Below, one piece after another: positions 1 to 10,733 of a DNA stretch of 64,000 nt. The position numbers and the translations under genes are program-made. The stretch is from a virus: positions 74,360 to 138,359 of IMG/VR virus record IMGVR_UViG_3300005096_000103; one strand, 5' to 3'. The notes below the pieces were generated by a model. That model searched no databases. It worked only from the letters and a program-made list of their open reading frames with translations, and was not told the origin of the DNA. Every line of letters starts with the position of its first letter. The first letter of the stretch is position 1.

Positions 1-1245
1 GTTAAAAAACAACTCGAAAGTGCTAATGGAGGAAAGCCTGTATCGTCTGATCAAGTTCAAGCTGCAGTTAGCGCTATGTTAGACGAGCAGGATACTAAGC
101 GCGAGTATGCCGGTTACGGAGCATATAAAGCGACTAATGCTGGACAGGTAGGCGAAAGCATTAGAACTGGGATGGCTGCAAGTGGAATTGAGATGTCTAC
201 TACAGATATCTCAGATTTTGCAGACTCTGCAGCTATGGACGCTGGCTTTGCAAAAGACTTTGCGAGTGCTATCAGTGAACGCAACGGCGGAGTTAATGAA
301 GCTGCAAAACGTACTATAGAAGCTGCTGGAGGTGTTAGTTCTGCTAGAGGGCGTGATACACTGTCGACTCAGATAGGTAACTCAAGTCAGGCTATTGAAG
401 AGGCGTTCGGCTTAGACTTAGATAAGCGTTCAGATGCTGCAGCACTCAAAGTTATGGGTGAGCAGGATCCCGAAGTAGCCACGTTCTTGCTCCTCTCAGC
501 ATCTGGAGCAAGTAAATCAGAAATTACAGCGTATATTAACTCTAAGACTAAGGACAGTACAGAACGCAGCGCACTTTGGAAAAAGTATGCTGCAGCTAGT
601 AAAGTTATGCGAGGTCTACCACCTAAGACTCTTGACGCCCTCAAGAAGATGGGTAGTAAACAAAATGTCATGACAAACGTTACTGAGAAGAAGTTCGAGG
701 CAGTAGAGAAGAGTGCTACATCCGCGATATCAATAGGAAATGCAATACCCAAACTCCAAGCACAAAGGTCTATTAAAGCAACAATGAGTCAGCTAGGAAT
801 CGGTATTGACCTCAAGGATCTTGGAGGTGAGGACGGACTCTCTGTTCTTAGAGGGAAACTACAGAAAAAGTTTACAACTCCTAAGTCATTAGAAGCTGCT
901 CTCGCGAAAGCTAATCTAGACCCCTCAAAGTTAAGCGCCATAAGGAGCCTTTACGAAGGTGGTGGGACTATGTCTGAGGAGGAGACAGGCAAGATCCTCA
1001 ACCAGATGTTAGGCCCTGGTGGGCTAGAAACAAACTCTGTAAGAGATCCGACAGCTTACTCAGATGGGGACAAAGCGTCTAGAGCTAATCTAGAACAGTT
1101 AGACTCTCTACGTAAACTGTCAAATGATAACCAGCGTAGATTCAGTGGTAGCATCACCTCTTTTAATAGAGGTGTTAACGCCCTTACGACTAACCTGAAT
1201 AAGATCCCTGCGATGCTAGGTCACAAAGAGCTCGAAGAACCTTAA
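1..1245 (+). CDS. C-terminal part of a probable tape-measure-like tail protein (5'-truncated by window)
   Basis: Frame is open from base 1. Ala/Ser/Lys-rich helical composition; lies directly upstream of baseplate-type genes. Confidence 0.5.
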   Translation, partial: VKKQLESANGGKPVSSDQVQAAVSAMLDEQDTKREYAGYGAYKATNAGQVGESIRTGMAASGIEMSTTDISDFADSAAMDAGFAKDFASAISERNGGVNEAAKRTIEAAGGVSSARGRDTLSTQIGNSSQAIEEAFGLDLDKRSDAAALKVMGEQDPEVATFLLLSASGASKSEITAYINSKTKDSTERSALWKKYAAASKVMRGLPPKTLDALKKMGSKQNVMTNVTEKKFEAVEKSATSAISIGNAIPKLQAQRSIKATMSQLGIGIDLKDLGGEDGLSVLRGKLQKKFTTPKSLEAALAKANLDPSKLSAIRSLYEGGGTMSEEETGKILNQMLGPGGLETNSVRDPTAYSDGDKASRANLEQLDSLRKLSNDNQRRFSGSITSFNRGVNALTTNLNKIPAMLGHKELEEP

Positions 1246-1254
1246 GGATAGAAA

Positions 1255-1464
1255 ATGAAACCTAAGTATATATTCCCAGACGCGGGTGCTCAACTTCGTA
1301 CCTTGGAAGATTACATCAGGCAACAGATGAACCTCACGGATACTATTACGTTTGAGTTCCCGTCTATACTTGAGTGCGCAGACCTCGCTCTAAAAGAAGA
1401 TACCCTTATTCGTCTTGAGACGTCTGATACTCCTGTAGCTGTAGGTAAGCCAAGTGAGCAATAG
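1255..1464 (+). CDS. Hypothetical protein, tail module
   Basis: 69-aa ORF with AAGGA RBS, tightly packed between neighbours. Confidence 0.6.
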   Translation: MKPKYIFPDAGAQLRTLEDYIRQQMNLTDTITFEFPSILECADLALKEDTLIRLETSDTPVAVGKPSEQ

Positions 1465-2530
1465 TACTAAAGGCAACAGGGGCAAGATACTTGGTGGTCG
1501 TGAGTTCCGGTACCTTGATAAAAGTAAGAGTAGTCGGGAGCTAGCGGGAACCTACGCGGTAACACCTACGTTTTCACCAAAGTACCACACAGGTCACGGT
1601 CCTGACTCAGTACTAAAGCAAGCTAGGTTCATGATACCTCTACCTAGCAAGCTCGTACTAGACCGGGTTATCAAAACCGCGAGTGGTTCAGCAATTGCGC
1701 GGAAGATCCTTAAGGTTCTTACAACGCGAGCCAATGACCCTACAGGCGCTACTGCTAACTCTGGCCTAGAAAATAAAGAGGGTAGCTGGGGAGGATACGG
1801 TTACGTTGACTTCTGGCTCTCACAGATAAACCTGCAGTTTAGAGAGAAGAGACAGCTTGTCGAGCTTACCTCAGACGCTTATGCTGTGTACTATCACGGA
1901 CTCGCTGCGCCAAACATTAGTCTTAGCGGTTCACTACTAAACACTGTGCAGAATAACTGGTGGAGCAACTTCTTAGATCTATACATCTCAGCGATCCGAG
2001 GGACTAAAACTGCGATATTCAGCGCACCGCTGATACTGCTTCTAGACTCCAAGCGATACTCTATATCGATTGACAGTCTTACGCAGAGCCTTAGCGCAGA
2101 TATGGAGATGCTAGGAAGCTTCAGCATGCAGGGTCTGGTCTCAAAAATAGAGGAAGTGGATACATTCACTTCTGGAGACCCTACAGCACTAGAAAATCTT
2201 GCAGGAGTTAGGACAGCACTAGATGCGAATACACGACCTAGCCTAGTTATCAACCCTTCAGCATCACCATTGGTAACTAATCAAGGTAAAGCCAGCGTAG
2301 CAAACCCCTGTGATCTACAATCAGCATTTAATGTCTCTGCGCTAGTATGTGGAGAGCGGTTTGCCTTACAAATGGACTCCCCTCCAGCAGCGGATGTTAG
2401 CCTAGACGTGGAGACTGCCGTGACTATCGCACAAGAGTCTTACGTCCTGGAAGAAGCGGCCTCATTTGTTGCAGATCCTGTTGCTGTGAATGCTAGCTTC
2501 TCAGAGGCTCTATTCTCAGGAGTTGAGTAG
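1454..2530 (+). CDS. Putative tail-tube-initiator/baseplate structural protein
   Basis: 358 aa, GTG start. Position after tape-measure-like gene; beta-rich segment (YVDFWLSQINLQFREKRQLVEL...NISLSGSLL) resembles tube-fold proteins (inference). Confidence 0.4.
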   Translation: MSNSTKGNRGKILGGREFRYLDKSKSSRELAGTYAVTPTFSPKYHTGHGPDSVLKQARFMIPLPSKLVLDRVIKTASGSAIARKILKVLTTRANDPTGATANSGLENKEGSWGGYGYVDFWLSQINLQFREKRQLVELTSDAYAVYYHGLAAPNISLSGSLLNTVQNNWWSNFLDLYISAIRGTKTAIFSAPLILLLDSKRYSISIDSLTQSLSADMEMLGSFSMQGLVSKIEEVDTFTSGDPTALENLAGVRTALDANTRPSLVINPSASPLVTNQGKASVANPCDLQSAFNVSALVCGERFALQMDSPPAADVSLDVETAVTIAQESYVLEEAASFVADPVAVNASFSEALFSGVE

Positions 2531-2959
2531 ATGTCTATTGAATCAATCATCATGACCACCACACTCCCCTCAAACATAAACAACTACAGGTTGGCCTTAG
2601 CTTCCGCGTGTTCATCAACTAATGAGACTCTCGAAACTGGAAAATCAATAACCTACTTCCTTGCGGCAACCCCGCTGATTATACCTTTTGGCTGGTTTCT
2701 CCCACGTGACTTTTCTCTAGCGGCCTACGACTTAGATTCTCGCAGGTCTGTAGACAGCGCCTACGCTGATCTTAAGAGACTAAAGCCTATGCGGGATAGG
2801 GCATTGGGTGAACTAGTAAATCAAACTATAAGTCCAGACCTGTTAAGTCTACTAGACTCAGTAGATAGTCGACAACGCCGGTACTACATCGCAGCTTCAT
2901 GTGCTATAGTGTTCCTCAGTGCTTTCAATCTAAGTGATAAAGTACAAACGGGAGCGTAA
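2531..2959 (+). CDS. Hypothetical protein
   Basis: 142-aa ORF; ATG abuts the upstream TAG. Confidence 0.6.
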   Translation: MSIESIIMTTTLPSNINNYRLALASACSSTNETLETGKSITYFLAATPLIIPFGWFLPRDFSLAAYDLDSRRSVDSAYADLKRLKPMRDRALGELVNQTISPDLLSLLDSVDSRQRRYYIAASCAIVFLSAFNLSDKVQTGA

Positions 2960-2991
2960 GTTGACCTGTAGCATATGATCTGGAGCATAAG

Positions 2992-5862
2992 TTGACTACC
3001 TACGAGAATGTTAATACCCCTCAAGTTAATGATTACCTAGTCTATATCTGCGGTGTAGAGGTCCCTGTATCAGCAGTAAGCGTACGTGGAGCCGTCTGGG
3101 ATATTCCTACAGCAACGATACAACTACCTGCTGACAAAAATCTAAGGCGTATAGGTGCTGAAGATCGTATAAGGGTTACGATATTCTACTTAGACACTGT
3201 ATATTACGACGGTGTCTACTGTCTTATGTTCGATGGAGAGGTGACATCTGTAGGGTACTCGTCTTCAGCTATGACAGCACTGCTCTCTCTGAATTGTAGA
3301 GGCTTCGCTGCAGCATTCGAGAGGCTTAAGCTCTTATTCTTAACAGCGATGCCTAATTTCGTTAAAGCGAGTACTGGTAATCCAGATGCGGATGCAGTTG
3401 TCGCAGGCGCAGCATACTCTAAGATCTTCCCAGCCTCACTGTTCTATAGTGGACTATCACCCTCCGCAAATGAGCCTCTTACCCGCCCTTTTGATATCGT
3501 GAATAACGTATTCAAAGTCGTTGCTGGTATAGAGATGTCACCACCTGAGCTACTAGAGTCTCTGTCTAAGGACGACGACACTGCGACGCCGAATGATACT
3601 AAATCCGTTGTCGCTACACATTGGTTTAACAGGTGGCTACGACGGACTAACTTTATCAACATGTGGAATCCTCTACCAGGCTACGAGACTTCGTTCACGG
3701 ACACAGACTCTTTATTCCCTGTCTTGAGCGTCATACAGCAGAACGAGGCTATTAACGCCCTTATAAAGATGGCTTCAAATATCGGAGATAGTGGGAGTGT
3801 CTGGGAGCTTGTTAGAAAAGTATTCATGACACTATACTACGAAGTCAATATAATGCTCAGCCCACCAGCTGTAGCAGTCAAGTCTAGTAGCCTAAAAGTC
3901 CGGGGACCCTTTTCAACTAAGATAGGTAATGACCGTCTTAAGATCTTAAGTCACGTGACTAAACCTCAGATGCTATTTGGAGTTCCACCTGCGTGCAATA
4001 TCCTCTGGAAAAGTCTGATAACTAACACCTCTTATAGTGAAGACTATGCAGGTCAGCCTACTCGACTCCGCGCCTCATTTGGCCAACACTCAAATATCTA
4101 CGCACCGAACGGCGGCAATAAGAACCCTGGGTCTCAAGAAATCTTGAACCAAGTTATGGCGGTTGCGTTCCCACCTATAGCACAGTATCAACTCGATCAA
4201 CGCGTAGGACGTGCAGATAAGGAAGGTGACTTCTCTCGTAACGCCCACAATTTTCTAGTCTGGCCTGAGGAGTTCTTCAAAGGTCCAGTCTCCTCCTACA
4301 GAGAGATACCCCAGTGGTTCCACTTTCTAGCTAACGCGCAGAAAGCTCCTGCAGTACTCGGTGTAGCAGCTGACTTTGCGTCTCCGAGGTCATACCTGCT
4401 AGGTCTCGGTACTCTACTAAACACCATATTAAGTACAAACTCCTCAATCTATAAGGATCAATTCCCTCTAGAGATGATTGAGGGTTTTATAGAAGCTGCT
4501 GAGGCTCTGCCTACTAAGGTTAGAGAGTATGGGACTAACGTATCATCAGCTCGAACAGGAGGCTACGACGAAAGCCTTGCTACGCTTAAAGACTACTACA
4601 TAGGCGTCCTAGAGCTAGCTAAGCAATTCAGCCCACAACTCTCTAGCATCTCTCAGATAGACAAGTTTATCAGCGCGATAGACGAGGCGACTGTATCAAC
4701 GAGAGTTACAGTGTCAGAGCCTGGCATAGCTGAGCCTCCTGACGCTGAAGCTACTCCTGATCTAGCTACCCCTACTGAAGCTTCAGTAGCCTCAACAGAA
4801 GGTGACGATGCGACCCGTGAAGTCTATAAGCTCTACGCAGCTTATGAGTACCATAGAGAACGCTACTCACGCCGGAACGGGTCAGTTAATATGGTGTTCA
4901 ACCCCTACGTGGCTGCTGGATACCCTGGTGCAGTATTCGATAAGGACGCCCTACAATACCACCAGTTCATGTACGTCGTCTCTGTAAACCATAGTATGTC
5001 GCCTAACGGATTCAGCACGTCAGTGTCTTATTCGTATGCGAGGACATTCAATGAGTTCTTTCAAGAGCTGTTAGAACTTAGAAATCCTGACTCTTTTGCG
5101 CGTGTTGATACGTCTACGGATCAGGTATCTGGAGCCAGGATCGAAGATAAGCTTTCCGACCTAGCTAGTTCCGTGCCTGCTACTGACTTCTTAATAGAAC
5201 CTGGATTTTCTGACGTACCAAAGAAAGTGTTCGACACTCGTAACATCAGCGACTTCTTACAGGACCCTAGTCTACTCAAAGAAGAACCTTTAGACGCGGG
5301 ACCTGCTAACCCTATTGAGAGCTATCGGAACGGATTCCAGCGTAACTCAGGCGCGAGGGCAATCTACGACAGTCTGTTCTGGCAGAACCTCCCTAGAGAC
5401 GCTGACAAAGATACGATATTCGACTGGGCTAAACTCCTGTCTGTATCTCCAGGAGGTATGAACCCACAGGATATCGCATTAACAACTGAGAGTGCACAAG
5501 ACTATAAAAATCCATCAACAGAGTTCCACCCCACTAAGGACGCTCAAATATTTAATAACTCAACGCGTGATGGACTTAAGTACTGTGCCCGCCCTGTATG
5601 CACTCTAGAGGAGTGGATGACACACAACGCGTCCATAGGGGTTGCTAAGGATAAACTTATCGTAGAGACGCAGGGACACTTAGTCTCGTACTATGTTATG
5701 GTACTAAACTTAGAGGCTGGACCAGGGAAAGAACCGGCACAGACTGAGTTAGGTAATAGGGTCGGGGAAGTTACAGCAGATACCCGACTCCCTTGGGTTT
5801 CGTATCTGCTCCGCTATAGAAACAGGATCTATAATAGAGATTTCCCACTAACGACTACCTAG
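2992..5862 (+). CDS. Putative baseplate hub protein (gp27/gp44-like)
   Basis: 956 aa. N-terminus GVEVPVSAVSV...PTATIQLP...LMFDGEV resembles hub beta-barrels; context in baseplate module. Confidence 0.55.
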   Translation: MTTYENVNTPQVNDYLVYICGVEVPVSAVSVRGAVWDIPTATIQLPADKNLRRIGAEDRIRVTIFYLDTVYYDGVYCLMFDGEVTSVGYSSSAMTALLSLNCRGFAAAFERLKLLFLTAMPNFVKASTGNPDADAVVAGAAYSKIFPASLFYSGLSPSANEPLTRPFDIVNNVFKVVAGIEMSPPELLESLSKDDDTATPNDTKSVVATHWFNRWLRRTNFINMWNPLPGYETSFTDTDSLFPVLSVIQQNEAINALIKMASNIGDSGSVWELVRKVFMTLYYEVNIMLSPPAVAVKSSSLKVRGPFSTKIGNDRLKILSHVTKPQMLFGVPPACNILWKSLITNTSYSEDYAGQPTRLRASFGQHSNIYAPNGGNKNPGSQEILNQVMAVAFPPIAQYQLDQRVGRADKEGDFSRNAHNFLVWPEEFFKGPVSSYREIPQWFHFLANAQKAPAVLGVAADFASPRSYLLGLGTLLNTILSTNSSIYKDQFPLEMIEGFIEAAEALPTKVREYGTNVSSARTGGYDESLATLKDYYIGVLELAKQFSPQLSSISQIDKFISAIDEATVSTRVTVSEPGIAEPPDAEATPDLATPTEASVASTEGDDATREVYKLYAAYEYHRERYSRRNGSVNMVFNPYVAAGYPGAVFDKDALQYHQFMYVVSVNHSMSPNGFSTSVSYSYARTFNEFFQELLELRNPDSFARVDTSTDQVSGARIEDKLSDLASSVPATDFLIEPGFSDVPKKVFDTRNISDFLQDPSLLKEEPLDAGPANPIESYRNGFQRNSGARAIYDSLFWQNLPRDADKDTIFDWAKLLSVSPGGMNPQDIALTTESAQDYKNPSTEFHPTKDAQIFNNSTRDGLKYCARPVCTLEEWMTHNASIGVAKDKLIVETQGHLVSYYVMVLNLEAGPGKEPAQTELGNRVGEVTADTRLPWVSYLLRYRNRIYNRDFPLTTT

Positions 5863-5875
5863 CTTTGGAGCTACC

Positions 5876-6982
5876 ATGCTTACAGACGATCTCGTAGAAA
5901 AAATGGCTAAGCTAGGTAAACAACGTTCTACACCTGTACCCTCTGGCTACCCTGTCAATCTATCGTTCGAGCTGAAGATGGCTCGTATCGCTAACCTGTT
6001 GAAGATGCCCTCTATCCCTAAGATCCCTAACGTCGTAGGATCTTCTACTAAGGGTCTCGGGGACTCGGTATCTGCTTCAGCAAAGTCATTCTCTGCAAGT
6101 TCATTATCTCCAAAGTCGTTATCACCTAAGACTAACTTTAAGCCTATTGCAGCTCCTAAGCCTAAGCTACCTGCTACAGCGTCTAGCATAGCACCGGCAA
6201 AGAAACTGCAAGGTGGTAGTGCAGACTGGACCGCATCGGTAAAGTCAGCAAAAGTTACAGAAGTAGATGTCTTTAAGCTCACTAGGAAGCAAAAGGATAT
6301 ACAGCTGTGGAAGGACTGGAAGCACAGTGGACATAAGCCTGGAGCATTAAAGCCGCTGATGTCTGCGCTAGCCCCTGTTATTTTTAGCCAGACTAAGATG
6401 TGGAAAGGTCAAGTTCCAGACTACGCCCTAGATCGTACAGCTCAAAGCCTGGCGCTCAAAGCATTGTATAGTTACGACCCTAATAAAGGCGCGGCGCTCA
6501 ATACACACGTAACAAATGGTCTGCGTAAGATAAGCAGGACCGTCTACCAGAACCAAGATATTATAAGACTACCTGAAGATAAAAAGCTTGAGAGTCAAGC
6601 CATCTTCAAATCAACTCAGGCTCTAGAGGACGAGCTAGGACGGACGCCTTCCGATATGGAACTAGCCGATGATCTAGGGTGGAATGTCAATAAAGTCCGA
6701 AAGTCACAGGGACTCGGGGTTAACGAGTTGGTATCTAGTCTCGATGCAGGTGGTTTGTCTTTAGGGGATAATGGCGACTCTGATCGTAAACTGCGTGATA
6801 CGATACATTACGTATACGCGGGATTACCTCCTACTGACCAAGTCATCTTTGAGCATTCAACTGGGTTTAGCGGAAAGCCTCGCAAGACAGCACTGCAGAT
6901 ATCTAAGATGGTTAAGATGTCACCTGGGCAAGTTCACCAGCGTAAGAAATCAATAGCTGATATGCTAAAGAAGGTGATGTAA
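5876..6982 (+). CDS. RNA polymerase sigma factor, sigma-70 family, with ~125-aa low-complexity N-terminal extension
   Basis: Region 2 (LKALYSYDPNKGAALNTHV), region 3 (ELGRTPSDMELADDLG) and region 4 HTH (LPPTDQVIF...TALQISKMVKMSPGQVHQ). Confidence 0.85.
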   Translation: MLTDDLVEKMAKLGKQRSTPVPSGYPVNLSFELKMARIANLLKMPSIPKIPNVVGSSTKGLGDSVSASAKSFSASSLSPKSLSPKTNFKPIAAPKPKLPATASSIAPAKKLQGGSADWTASVKSAKVTEVDVFKLTRKQKDIQLWKDWKHSGHKPGALKPLMSALAPVIFSQTKMWKGQVPDYALDRTAQSLALKALYSYDPNKGAALNTHVTNGLRKISRTVYQNQDIIRLPEDKKLESQAIFKSTQALEDELGRTPSDMELADDLGWNVNKVRKSQGLGVNELVSSLDAGGLSLGDNGDSDRKLRDTIHYVYAGLPPTDQVIFEHSTGFSGKPRKTALQISKMVKMSPGQVHQRKKSIADMLKKVM

Positions 6983-7768
6983 GTGCAACGTACAGTGTTT
7001 AAAGGTCCACCTGAGAAGAGGGTTAGGGTTAAAAACCTAGGGATCTTAACAAAGACGGATCCTAGAGCTGTACTACTAGACGCTAAGCTGCGCGGTGGTG
7101 GTAGACAGTGGCTCCACTGGAGAGCTGCGACTAAGTTAGCCCAGTTGCTACAAGCCGCGTGGTCTGTAACCCCTGATCTAAGGGCAGTGTCCTGTCTAAG
7201 AGACCCAAAGAAAGATACTAAGGAAGAGTGGATAGCTAAGATCAAAGCCTTTGACATTACGCCATCAGCCAGAGCGCCTAACGGTCCTAGAAAATACTGG
7301 AAGGTGACAGATCAAACAGAAGATCAATCTAGGAAACGGTTATTCAGATTCAGAGCGTATAACAGTGGTCACGAAACCGGGCTATCTGTTGACTTTGCGT
7401 CTAGGTCAGAGGGTCTAGGGACCAACAGTAAACGTATCCACTTTTATAGGGGTACACAGGTTTACGCGTGGCTAGCTTCCAACGCTATTAACTACGGGTT
7501 CACACCTTATAATAACGAACCGTGGCATTGGGAGTTATTCCTAACTCGCAAAGAATGGTTAGAGCTGCCTGACGGCGGATTCGTGATGCCAGACGCTTAT
7601 GCGGCTAGAGCTACAGGCTTTAGTAGCGTCACACGTTATGACGCCTATCAAAGTGCAAAAGACCCTCTAGCTGCAGACGTTCCTCTCGATAAAAAAATAG
7701 TTTACAAGATAGACCACGTACGTAGTATCGGAAAACTCTTTGACTTTGACTTAAACGTCTGGAGATAG
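6983..7768 (+). CDS. M15-family (VanY-like) Zn peptidoglycan peptidase
   Basis: SGHETGLSVD (SxHxxGxxxD) and EPWHWE (ExxH) zinc-ligand motifs. Confidence 0.8.
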   Translation: MQRTVFKGPPEKRVRVKNLGILTKTDPRAVLLDAKLRGGGRQWLHWRAATKLAQLLQAAWSVTPDLRAVSCLRDPKKDTKEEWIAKIKAFDITPSARAPNGPRKYWKVTDQTEDQSRKRLFRFRAYNSGHETGLSVDFASRSEGLGTNSKRIHFYRGTQVYAWLASNAINYGFTPYNNEPWHWELFLTRKEWLELPDGGFVMPDAYAARATGFSSVTRYDAYQSAKDPLAADVPLDKKIVYKIDHVRSIGKLFDFDLNVWR

Positions 7769-7809
7769 AATAGTGTATACTGGACTCCTTTTGAGGGGAG
7801 TGTGACACC

Positions 7810-8253
7810 TTGGCAAATACAAAAGACGACATTTGGGTTAACCTATTTAGTGACGAACTCAATCAGGTGCAGTTCTCCTTTGGGTTAGGGGCGGGAGAGA
7901 TACAGCGTGTATCAGGTAAGACACGCGTGCTTATGCAGTGGGTCAAAGTCCTTATGACCCGCCCAGGCTCTAATATCTTTGATCTTAACTACGGTACAGT
8001 GTTCAGCGAGCTTGTAAACTCTAATACTTCTGACGACGCATACGCTCGTGAAGTTGGAGCGGCTGGTATAGACCAGGCAACGGCAATTATAAAAAAGAAT
8101 CAGTTAGGTAAGAGTTTCCCTGCAGGTGAGCGTCTAGAAAACCACGAACTCCTCTCATTCGAAAAGTTGTCTGATACGAGCGTGTCCTTCATCGTGTCTC
8201 TCGTAAACGAACTCGGTGAGTCTATGTTGGTTGGCATTAGAACAGGAAGTTGA
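7810..8253 (+). CDS. Baseplate wedge gp25/GPW-like protein
   Basis: 147 aa with VSG...QWVKVLMTRPGS.IFDLNYGT pattern; immediately upstream of a baseplate-J-like gene. Confidence 0.75.
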   Translation: MANTKDDIWVNLFSDELNQVQFSFGLGAGEIQRVSGKTRVLMQWVKVLMTRPGSNIFDLNYGTVFSELVNSNTSDDAYAREVGAAGIDQATAIIKKNQLGKSFPAGERLENHELLSFEKLSDTSVSFIVSLVNELGESMLVGIRTGS

Positions 8254-8256
8254 TAA

Positions 8257-10731
8257 ATGGCCACTGTAACGTTATCTGCGTCTGACATACAGAAAGCTGA
8301 AGAGTTTGTAGCTAGCTTCTTAGCAGCTGAAAACCCTGATGCTGACTACTCTAAAGGTTCAACCCTCCGAGATCTCGCGGTACGCGGTATCGCTATCTCA
8401 TATGCGTACCTCACCTCACTATCTGATAAGGTACGCACGCTCTCAAGAATCAAAGAGATAGCTGTTATCACTGACGATGAAGAGCGTGCTGAGGCTATAA
8501 TCAATTTCTCAGCTAACTTCTTTCTCACGCCACGAGCTGGTCGATACGCCCAGGGTTTAGTAGATATCTACTTTGATAAGCCCGTGTTTGGTGTTGTACC
8601 TAGCGCGTCTATATTCACGTTCAATTCTACGATTAACTACGTCCTTAACAACTTAGGTCAGCCACTAATCTTTGACACTGGAGATCTGACTACCGTATCC
8701 GTAGGTTTAGGGGGCAATACTCAGGTCCTGTATACGCTTCGTGTCCCTATCATAGCACTGAAAGTTGGAACTAGCTCACACATCGTTCCTCAAGTAGCTA
8801 GCAACTTTACTAGATTTCTCGCTGAAATAGTAAAAGTCGAATCTATAGAGCCTATCACAAACGGTAGTGACGTTGAAGATGCTGATGTTTTCTTAGAGCG
8901 GATCCCTAACGCAATAACTGTAAGGAATCTACTGACTGAACGTTCAATAACTACAGTTCTCACAGAAGGTTATCCACAGATAAGCTCACTCACTGTCATC
9001 GGCGCTGAAGACAGTGAGATGACTCGGGATATATCTCCCATCTCCACAGAAGCTTTACCAATACACACAGGTGGTTCTGTAGACATTTTTGTTGATACTG
9101 GGATCATCACTACAGTATTCGAGGGTCTTATAGGTTCTCCAGCTACAGAGCGCTCCCCCTTGATTACAGTCTTCCGTGACTTACAGCTTATCGATATGGG
9201 AGTTGACTGGCGTGGTATGGTCGAACCAGGGGATACACTACGAATCTACAATACTGAGGGGTCTGAGCCTAGCCTCTATCTAATACATAATGTTAGCGGT
9301 TACTTCCTCAGAGTCCAGGACCTCTTGCCGTTCAAGACGGCCAGGCCTGTAATCCTGCATAACGGAACCCGCTATGAGGAGTGTACACTCGTTGTTGCGA
9401 CACTTATACTTACAGTCCCCTATACAAAGTTCACGAGTAGTGACATCGGTAACTTTGTATACCTCTGGGCTGCGGGTGATGCCTACTACAAAGAGATCAA
9501 ATCCATCGTCAATCTGACCAGTCAAGGTTATGGGGACGTAGAACTAATTGACGTTGAAGGCGACCTCGCTACGTTTGCTACTAGTGGCATATCTGTGAGT
9601 GCATATGACTCTAAGGTCGAGTACTCTATTGGAGACGATGCTCCTACATACGCTAATAAGATGAGCAAGCGAGACTTTGGCCAGATAACTCGTAGTTACT
9701 TCTCGCCTGATGGAGTTATACTTACCGGGCTCCCAATATACAAGATACACAGTGTAACACTCGTAGATACCACAAATCTTGCTGCATCTGCCGAAGTAGG
9801 TGGGGCGTCATTCGTAACTAGAGTTAATGTTCCACCAGAGATGAAAGCAGATAAGACGCTCAACTATGAGTATCAAGCTATCAGCTTTGCCCCTAACTAC
9901 CACCAGTCTACTAAAAGCTCGACACTAATACGTGTAGGCCCTGTGGACTCTAGAGGTGGCAACCAAGGCTCACTCGCTGTAACGAATGCTGCAACTCGGC
10001 AGGGCGTCTTTTCTAGTTTAGCTCCTGACTTTACTGTAGCAGACGTAGGCCTTGAGATCCTAGTGACCAAGGCGTTCAACCCTGGAAACGCAGGGCTTTA
10101 TACGATTGATAGTGTCATAGACTCTAAGAACGTAAACGTAACTAAAAACTCAAGGCACTATGATCCTGATGCTTTGGCTAATGAGATAAACTTAACCTGG
10201 GAAGTTATCGCGTCTAGTCGCGTTAGCGGATTACTACGTGTTACCTACGACACACTGAGTAACTTTAGTAGCCTGGCTGCATACGTTCAAGATTCTCCAG
10301 ATCGTGTTGTAGCCTCAAGCCCGTTAGTTAAAGGCTACCACCCTGTCTACCTTAGCATGAGCTTGAACTACACTGTTAAGACTGGTGAAGACCCGCCTGA
10401 CGAAAATCAGATGAAAGCCAGTGTTGTAGACTTCGTAAACAACTTCCTGGCTACTGACGTACTCAACGTAGGAGATATTACTAGCTACCTACGTCGGGCA
10501 TTTACGAGCATAGGAAATATACTGCAACCTGTTAAAGTGGACTACACGCTATACTCTCCCACAGGGGATGCTATCGTGTTCACTACCTACGACATAGTTG
10601 AAATATCCTCTACTAGTCTACTCTCTGCTTCGGACAGCGCACTCTACTCCCTCGCTAAGAAATACGGGGTTAGTGATCGAACTGTGAGATATGTCTGTAC
10701 CCGCAGTGACATCTCCCTCCTGAAGGTGTAA
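8257..10731 (+). CDS. Baseplate J-like (gp6-type) wedge protein with internal insertions
   Basis: DYSKGSTLRDLAV, NFFLTPRAG..AQG.V.IYF and GSDVEDADVFLERI motifs; follows gp25-like gene. Confidence 0.75.
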   Translation: MATVTLSASDIQKAEEFVASFLAAENPDADYSKGSTLRDLAVRGIAISYAYLTSLSDKVRTLSRIKEIAVITDDEERAEAIINFSANFFLTPRAGRYAQGLVDIYFDKPVFGVVPSASIFTFNSTINYVLNNLGQPLIFDTGDLTTVSVGLGGNTQVLYTLRVPIIALKVGTSSHIVPQVASNFTRFLAEIVKVESIEPITNGSDVEDADVFLERIPNAITVRNLLTERSITTVLTEGYPQISSLTVIGAEDSEMTRDISPISTEALPIHTGGSVDIFVDTGIITTVFEGLIGSPATERSPLITVFRDLQLIDMGVDWRGMVEPGDTLRIYNTEGSEPSLYLIHNVSGYFLRVQDLLPFKTARPVILHNGTRYEECTLVVATLILTVPYTKFTSSDIGNFVYLWAAGDAYYKEIKSIVNLTSQGYGDVELIDVEGDLATFATSGISVSAYDSKVEYSIGDDAPTYANKMSKRDFGQITRSYFSPDGVILTGLPIYKIHSVTLVDTTNLAASAEVGGASFVTRVNVPPEMKADKTLNYEYQAISFAPNYHQSTKSSTLIRVGPVDSRGGNQGSLAVTNAATRQGVFSSLAPDFTVADVGLEILVTKAFNPGNAGLYTIDSVIDSKNVNVTKNSRHYDPDALANEINLTWEVIASSRVSGLLRVTYDTLSNFSSLAAYVQDSPDRVVASSPLVKGYHPVYLSMSLNYTVKTGEDPPDENQMKASVVDFVNNFLATDVLNVGDITSYLRRAFTSIGNILQPVKVDYTLYSPTGDAIVFTTYDIVEISSTSLLSASDSALYSLAKKYGVSDRTVRYVCTRSDISLLKV

Positions 10732-10733
10732 TT

